DNA from: Bdellovibrionales bacterium
GTDB lineage: Bacteria > Bdellovibrionota > Bdellovibrionia > Bdellovibrionales > JAGQZY01
NCBI GenBank assembly: GCA_964230645.1
Contig: CAXRHT010000002.1
Location: forward strand, 64,001-128,000
Length of the DNA: 64,000 nt
Direction: 5' to 3'
In this document: in pieces, positions 58,623-64,000 of the stretch
Position numbering within the stretch: the stretch's first letter is position 1
How the letters are laid out: every line of letters begins with the position of its first letter
Notes under the pieces: generated by a model
The model's database searches: none
Told to the model about the DNA's origin: nothing
Seen by the model: the letters and a program-made list of their open reading frames with translations, nothing else
Program-made: the position numbers and the translations under genes

Positions 58623-59900
58623 TTAGCCTGCAAAGTGCATTAGGTAAGCCACACCGAGTTTTCCAAATTCATAAATTTGTTTTTCACTGTTGATGTTGTT
58701 GAAAGTGTCATCCTTCGTGTGAATTTTACGATTAAATCCAAAAGGATCTTCGGTGGGGAAAGCGACCGGAAACCCGCGGCGATCCCAGGAGGCATGATCA
58801 CTGCTTCCAAAAAGAAGAAAGCCTGAAGAGTGTCCGACCTCCAAATAAATTTCAACCAGGTCTTGCAGTTGTCCGTTTAGGCGCGAGTTTGTTTTGTTAG
58901 TGACAAAACTAATTTTTGCTTCATTTTTAGCAAAACCATTCATATCAAATTGCACCATACTGACGACATTTACACCTCTGGATTTATAGTCGTCCGCCAT
59001 TTCTTGAGAGCCCACAAGGCCAATTTCTTCGGCACCGTAGCCATGAATTTCAATAGTGGACTCCGGCCTAAAACCCACTTCCATAAGGGTTCTAAAAACT
59101 TCAATGTTAGTGGATGTGCCCGAAGCATTATCATCTGCACCCGGAGCATCGTTATTATTCGAGGAGTTTATAGAATCAATATGACTTCCTAAAATAACGA
59201 CTTCGTCGGGTCTTGTTTTTCCTTCAATGCTAACTCGGATGGATTTTTGGGGACTGCCTCGATGTTCCACCAAATCAATCGAAACGTCTTCACGATCTCC
59301 TGGCACGAGTGCCTGGTAGATGTCTTTTAGTTTCTCTCCCGTCATTTGCCCATCGGGATGACTTTCGTAGCGAGTTTTCCAGGCCTGCATGGTTTTGATC
59401 GTTTTGATAATATTAGCACCTACCACTTTTGAAACAGCTTCACTGACCTCTGGCTTTTTGGAGGCCACACGCTGGGGGGGCTCTTTTTTATCAAACTCTA
59501 AGCCTTGGGGGGAGAGTTTTTGAATTCTTCCACAGTAGTGACCGGCCTTGTGAGCTTTATTGGCAAGAGTCATTAGAATGTCGTCATCGTTTGTTTTAAC
59601 AACGGCATACTCTTCATTTTTAAGCAAAACCACATCGGTATTTTTACTCATCCACTGGCTCATCGCAGCCGTGCCATGGGCGTGAGAGAGCTGCACGAAA
59701 TAGTAGTTGTTTTGTTCGAAATTGGCTGAGGACGCTTTCATTATATAATCCCCGGAAGTTTCAAAGATGATCTGCTTTTTTTGGCTCGCGGTCAGACTGA
59801 CTTGATCTTTAGCAATGGCTTTAAGCTCTGCAGAAGCGAGTGCGGTCGTTGAGGAAAATAGAGTGACGAAAAACAGAGGGATGAAAATTTTTTTAAGCAT
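58623..59900 (-). CDS. M28-family leucyl aminopeptidase, secreted with propeptide
   Basis: GSHIDS, PGADDNASG, GAEEIGLVGS, QFDM, SDHASW, IHT. Confidence 0.93.
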   Translation of the reverse strand: MLKKIFIPLFFVTLFSSTTALASAELKAIAKDQVSLTASQKKQIIFETSGDYIMKASSANFEQNNYYFVQLSHAHGTAAMSQWMSKNTDVVLLKNEEYAVVKTNDDDILMTLANKAHKAGHYCGRIQKLSPQGLEFDKKEPPQRVASKKPEVSEAVSKVVGANIIKTIKTMQAWKTRYESHPDGQMTGEKLKDIYQALVPGDREDVSIDLVEHRGSPQKSIRVSIEGKTRPDEVVILGSHIDSINSSNNNDAPGADDNASGTSTNIEVFRTLMEVGFRPESTIEIHGYGAEEIGLVGSQEMADDYKSRGVNVVSMVQFDMNGFAKNEAKISFVTNKTNSRLNGQLQDLVEIYLEVGHSSGFLLFGSSDHASWDRRGFPVAFPTEDPFGFNRKIHTKDDTFNNINSEKQIYEFGKLGVAYLMHFAG

Positions 59901-60145
59901 AAACTCTCCTGTGATCAGGGCTTCATCATCTCGTAGCCTAAAGCATAGGGCCAGTTATAAGCTCTGAACTTGATAAAGGTCTAAGTCGGCGCGGCTTTAA
60001 AGGCGTTGATTGAGAATTGAGCACACAGTCGTTCACTTTTACGCAAAGCAGTGACTGGTCGCTTCTGCAGAAACGTTACATAATAATTCTATTTTCAATC
60101 TTGACTCTGAACAGAAAAAGGTTAAATTTTCTAATCTTTTCAAAG

Positions 60146-60221
60146 GGTCTCTTGGCGCAGTTGGTAGCGCGCATCCTTGACATGGATGAGGTCACTGGTT
60201 CGAACCCAGTAGAGACCACCA
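60146..60221 (+). tRNA. trnV: tRNA-Val (GAC)
   Basis: GGTCTCT/AGAGACC acceptor stem, GCGC D stem, CATCC-TTGACAT-GGATG anticodon arm, GGTTCGAACC T loop, encoded CCA; 76 nt. Confidence 0.97.
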
Positions 60222-60267
60222 ATTCCTATTTTTTTGCTATTTTTTTGTTCCTTCCCAAATTTTCGCG

Positions 60268-60372
60268 AAATACCGGATACCCCGTATACCGGGCGCCCTG
60301 TATCCCCGAAACCCTGTAGAAACTCAGAGATCGGAGCTCCGAGCTCTGATCTCTGATCTCTGATCTCTGAAA
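60268..60372. repeat. degenerate octamer run followed by heptamer (TCTGATC) microsatellite with hairpin
   Basis: 8-bp period 60268-60315; 7-bp period 60324-60372; CAGAGATCGGAGC/GCTCTGATCTCTG stem. Confidence 0.6.
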
Positions 60373-60403
60373 GTTTTTTTCTCATTTTGGTCACTGATCT
60401 GAG

Positions 60404-60787
60404 TTACTCCCACTCACTGCATCCGTCGTCTCCACAGAGAGTCAGTAAACTGTTTTCAATTTCGTAGGTAGGGGCAGACTCTAGATCAGTGCAGGAAGGT
60501 GTTGAACTGGTTCCGGCGCTTAATTCAGTGCAGTTGCTTGTCGTAATTGTTCCATTGTAGTTCGTTCCTATTGCTATGACATCGCAGCGGCAAGTTTTTT
60601 CGTTTACTAGAGCGAAGGAGATATCCTGCTCTTGCCCAATTAAGAGACTTTCAAAATTTAGTACTGCTCCGTTTTCCGTCGATGTCCAGGCTGAATGAAT
60701 CGCTTTTTGCGACGAGGCCGTTGATACAGAGTCTGTGTTTTCTCCACAGGCCACTAACAATAAAAAAGTCATTAGAAGATAACGCAA
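60404..60787 (-). CDS. small Cys-rich lipoprotein
   Basis: LVAC lipobox; RBS GAGGAG before TTG; six further Cys. Confidence 0.75.
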   Translation of the reverse strand: MRYLLMTFLLLVACGENTDSVSTASSQKAIHSAWTSTENGAVLNFESLLIGQEQDISFALVNEKTCRCDVIAIGTNYNGTITTSNCTELSAGTSSTPSCTDLESAPTYEIENSLLTLCGDDGCSEWE

Positions 60788-60817
60788 GACAAGCTCCTCT
60801 TTTTTAGATCAATTTGA

Positions 60818-60844
60818 TTATCGGGAGAAAACAAATAAAGTTTA
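60818..60844 (-). promoter_or_regulatory. putative sigma-28-type promoter
   Basis: TAAA-N15-CCCGATAA on the minus strand, 30 nt upstream of 60787. Confidence 0.65.
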
Positions 60845-60982
60845 ATAATTAAAATATATTTAATAATACAACTGTTCTGTTTCGTGAATTGATACAATCT
60901 CCGCCTTAGATAGAGAAACTGTCTAATTGATTGTTTTGTGAATGTATACCTTTATACTATAAGGGTTAGAAAGGAGTGCTAT

Positions 60983-61789
60983 ATGCTGAAGTATCCTGTT
61001 TTTTCTCTTTCTTTTTGCTCCACGATATTCATTTTTACGCTAATCTTGGCTTCTTGTGGTACAGACAATCCCTCCGGTGGTCAGGCCATACAAAATGAAA
61101 TCACAGCCAGTATCTTTAGTGACTCTGTAACAGAGTTTAGAGTTCAAGTATTTTATGAAACCGGAGCTGAACCAAGGGCAGGAACTATGTCGGGATTGGG
61201 CTCAGATGAGGTGTGGGATGTGACTGAGGCCAGTTATCAAGCTCTTTTTTCTGAACACCAGCAAAGAAGTATCGTTGTGCCAAAAGAATTAAACCAAATG
61301 ACTGAAATTGCGGATCAAGGACAGAGTGAGTGGTCCACCGAGGAACTTGTGGAGTTGGGATCAAGTCTTAGTGGAGAGGCTGTTGAAAACAATATCGCCC
61401 AGATCGCTGTTATATTTTTAGAGGGGACTCTCAACGGAAACGACTCAGTCTTAGGGGTACATATCACGGGCACACCTTTTTGTTTTGTTTTTAAAGACGT
61501 GGCGGAGAGTGTTGGTGGGACCGGTCAGCAGCAAGACTTTGTGGAGCAGGCCACGGTGGTTCATGAAATTGGCCACACTATTGGGCTGGTAAACAATGGT
61601 ATTCCCATGGTGGAAAATCATGAAGACCCAGAACATGAAAAACACACCACCAACCAAGAGGGTGTTATGTACTGGGCTGTGGAGTCTTCTGACACGATCT
61701 TAGATGCTCTGATTGATGCCATCGCTGGCAGTGACCTCAATCTTTTTGGAGAGGAGTCTCTCGGCGACGCAAGGGCCTATCACCCGTAA
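60983..61789 (+). CDS. lipoprotein zinc metallopeptidase (metzincin-like)
   Basis: LASC lipobox; HEIGHTIGL, later His and GVMYW Met-turn; RBS AAGGAG. Confidence 0.82.
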   Translation: MLKYPVFSLSFCSTIFIFTLILASCGTDNPSGGQAIQNEITASIFSDSVTEFRVQVFYETGAEPRAGTMSGLGSDEVWDVTEASYQALFSEHQQRSIVVPKELNQMTEIADQGQSEWSTEELVELGSSLSGEAVENNIAQIAVIFLEGTLNGNDSVLGVHITGTPFCFVFKDVAESVGGTGQQQDFVEQATVVHEIGHTIGLVNNGIPMVENHEDPEHEKHTTNQEGVMYWAVESSDTILDALIDAIAGSDLNLFGEESLGDARAYHP

Positions 61790-61858
61790 GGTTAAAGGGA
61801 CTCTTTAACCTTGTGAAACCCGAGAATTCTGGTAGATAAGGGATTTTAGGAGGTAAGG

Positions 61859-62566
61859 ATGACGGCTTTAAGGATTCTAATTTCAATGTATGCCCTCGTC
61901 GGGCTATTTACTATTCCGGTAGACGCAGCTCCTAAAATCTTCCTTGAAAAAGGGGATGTGCTTGACTTTCAATTAAGTCAATTCAGCCAAGCTCCTTATC
62001 CCGTAAAGGCCCAAGCAGAACTCACTCGCGAATTGACTGAGTTTCAAAGCGCTTGGGATGAGGCCGCTGAACTTGGGATTCTTACTCTTGCTGAAGAAGT
62101 CGCCGGGCGTGATTTTGAGCGCAGAGAATACACGGCTTGGTTAGTTTTATCTTCTCTCCTTCCAATGGGACGGCCGTTAATCATCAATATGAACCCTTAC
62201 TTAGAAAAGGGTCAGAAAAATCATAAAACTCTCAGTAAAGAAAGTTTTGTAAGCCTTACTCATCATGAAGTGCTCCACTTTTTAGTACAAAACATTGAAG
62301 GCGAGACACTTTATAAAATGTCTCCTTTGGTCCATAAATACAAAGATGAATCTTTCAATGTATTGGTTCATCTTCATTTAATGGCTGTGCAGAAAATGGT
62401 TTATGAGCGCCTCGATGAAAAAGGGGAGTCTTTTCTTTCTGAAACCAAGTCTCTTTATAAGAATATCATCGGAGGGGATTATAAAAGAGCTTGGGAAATT
62501 GTTGGAAAAGAAGGGGCGAGAGCCTTTGTTGATGAATTAAAACACTATAACCAATCGGAGCAATAG
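61859..62566 (+). CDS. exported hypothetical protein with HExxH motif
   Basis: Signal peptide; HHEVLH and downstream HLHL; RBS AGGAGG. Confidence 0.7.
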   Translation: MTALRILISMYALVGLFTIPVDAAPKIFLEKGDVLDFQLSQFSQAPYPVKAQAELTRELTEFQSAWDEAAELGILTLAEEVAGRDFERREYTAWLVLSSLLPMGRPLIINMNPYLEKGQKNHKTLSKESFVSLTHHEVLHFLVQNIEGETLYKMSPLVHKYKDESFNVLVHLHLMAVQKMVYERLDEKGESFLSETKSLYKNIIGGDYKRAWEIVGKEGARAFVDELKHYNQSEQ

Positions 62567-62575
62567 ATTTATCTA

Positions 62576-63109
62576 ATGACTTATAAAGAGATTATCAAGT
62601 TTTGGTTTGAAGAGCTAAGCCCCGGTCAACACTGGGTGAAAGACGAAGCTTTGGATCAAGAAATTAAGAAGCGTTTTAAAGAGGTTCATAGTCAGGCTTG
62701 CCTGGGTGAGCTTTTTAGCTGGCGAGGGAGCCCTGAGGGAAGATTGGCGGAGATTATTGTTCTTGATCAGTTCTCTCGTAATATTTATCGCGATCAAAAA
62801 GAATCCTTTGCTCAAGACGCCCAAGCTCTTTGTTTGGCACAAGAGGCTGTTTTTCATAGGATCGATCAAGAACTCGATCCCGATAAAAGACATTTTCTCT
62901 ATATGCCCTATATGCACAGTGAGTCGGCTCGCATTCATGAAGAGGCCTTGAGACTTTTTAGTCAAAAGGGGCTTAACCCAGATTTTGAGATAAAACACAA
63001 AAAAATTGTGGACCGCTTTGGGCGCTACCCTCACCGCAATCAAGTTTTAGGAAGAGAATCGACTCCAGAAGAAATCGAATTTCTAAAAGAGCCGGACTCC
63101 TCTTTTTAG
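62576..63109 (+). CDS. DUF924-family protein
   Basis: IIKFWF, LAEIIVLDQFSRNIYR, FLYMPYMHSE, FGRYPHRN..LGREST. Confidence 0.92.
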   Translation: MTYKEIIKFWFEELSPGQHWVKDEALDQEIKKRFKEVHSQACLGELFSWRGSPEGRLAEIIVLDQFSRNIYRDQKESFAQDAQALCLAQEAVFHRIDQELDPDKRHFLYMPYMHSESARIHEEALRLFSQKGLNPDFEIKHKKIVDRFGRYPHRNQVLGRESTPEEIEFLKEPDSSF

Positions 63110-63110
63110 C

Positions 63111-63142
63111 AAAAAAAAACCGGCTCGATGAAAGCCGGTTCT
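63111..63142. terminator. bidirectional terminator
   Basis: A9-CCGGCT-CGATGAA-AGCCGGTT between convergent genes. Confidence 0.7.
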
Positions 63143-63166
63143 TCCTAAAGAAAAATTTTTTAAAAA

Positions 63167-64000
63167 TTATTGAGGGCCCGTTTGATTAGGGTCCACGGCT
63201 ACCACTCCAACACCCATGGCTTGGATGGAGCGCAAACGCTCTCCGGCCTGAGTTGATAAAGATTGAATGTCTTGTAGCATTCTCTCAGCGGCATCGGCTT
63301 GGTGTCCAGTGTCCTCGGTCGCAGTTGATGGGTTGGGCGAGTTTAAAGAGCTTAAGTAGTTGGCCACCTGGTTGTGACGATCTTTGGCTCTTCCTAGAAA
63401 GGCTATAGCAACATTGGCCCTTTCGGCACACTCGGCGTTATGACAAGGGGCTAAAAGGGTTTCCATTTCTTCAATTTGAGTTCCTAATTGCGGCATGCTT
63501 TGCTCAAGGCCTGACATAGCGTTCATAAGGCGCTCGTTATTAGAAGCAATCTCTTCGCGAGTGGAGATTACAGCCTGAGCGTCTTCAAAAGACTTTTGAA
63601 AGGCTGAAACAATCAATTCCATTCTCTCGATTTTGTTTTCAGAAGCGTTCATCACTCCATCGTGGACGTTTGAACTGTATTCACCTAACATTTGCTCGGC
63701 AATCGTTCCTGCGGCACGTACCACACAGTAAGGATTATTGGAATCTTCAACAGCTTGAGCGTAGGCGTTTACGGCCATACGGTAGTCAGCAATATCTTCT
63801 GAGCCGGAGTTGATCACTTCAGCCGGGTTTACTTCACGAATTCCACCGTTACGAGGGTAGAAAAAGGATTGTAATTGTGATGAGTCTACATCGTCTTCTG
63901 AGCACTGTTCGTCGCCATAAACATTAGCATTTTTCATTGCAGTCAATGAGGCGTGAGCGTTGGCTTCTCGACGAGTTAAAATTTCGGCCGCTGAAGTTTG
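63167..64000 (-). CDS. C-terminal part of a helical hypothetical protein (5' end outside the window)
   Basis: Frame stays open from the window end to the stop at 63167. Confidence 0.75.
   Translation of the reverse strand, partial: QTSAAEILTRREANAHASLTAMKNANVYGDEQCSEDDVDSSQLQSFFYPRNGGIREVNPAEVINSGSEDIADYRMAVNAYAQAVEDSNNPYCVVRAAGTIAEQMLGEYSSNVHDGVMNASENKIERMELIVSAFQKSFEDAQAVISTREEIASNNERLMNAMSGLEQSMPQLGTQIEEMETLLAPCHNAECAERANVAIAFLGRAKDRHNQVANYLSSLNSPNPSTATEDTGHQADAAERMLQDIQSLSTQAGERLRSIQAMGVGVVAVDPNQTGPQ

Noticed and set aside
60017..60394. ORFs 60017-60319 (+) and 60140-60394 (-)
   Set aside because: They overlap the tRNA-Val gene and microsatellite; spurious.
60146..64000. Prophage or integrative element at tRNA-Val
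   Set aside because: No integrase and no duplicated tRNA 3' end in the window; cannot be excluded beyond the window edge.

Overview
Gene-dense bacterial chromosome segment of moderate GC. Gene content and style (GYF_2, ChaN-like and FQNC-type lipoproteins, Lys-rich histone-like protein, sigma-28-type promoters) suggest a Bdellovibrionota-like predator; this is inference, not a database result. The housekeeping core is atoB-scoA-scoB, miaB-gammaCA-guaB-guaA-dnaE and tRNA-Val(GAC). The most notable parts are: (1) a ~12 kb candidate phosphorus-scavenging island, 9.6-21.4 kb, with Pho-box-like TAACA repeats, a Na/Pi cotransporter, a secreted acidic beta-helix protein, a complete TonB2-type motor (DUF3450/TtpC/ExbB/ExbD/TonB/TPR), a TonB-dependent receptor and an ankyrin lipoprotein; (2) five GTC-tagged palindromic REP/REPIN-like loci with a conserved 42-bp or 1-bp spacer and locus-specific tandem 'echo' duplications of their ends; (3) a small stress/dormancy cluster with a CBS protein, an unannotated 41-aa membrane protein and a diverged baeRF/Balon-like protein; (4) an H1-like Lys/Ala protein fused to a Cys3His module; (5) a recurrent intergenic GTYTCR-N3-YRAGAC palindrome. 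No CRISPR array, integrase, transposase or rRNA was seen. All family calls come from motif recognition without running searches.
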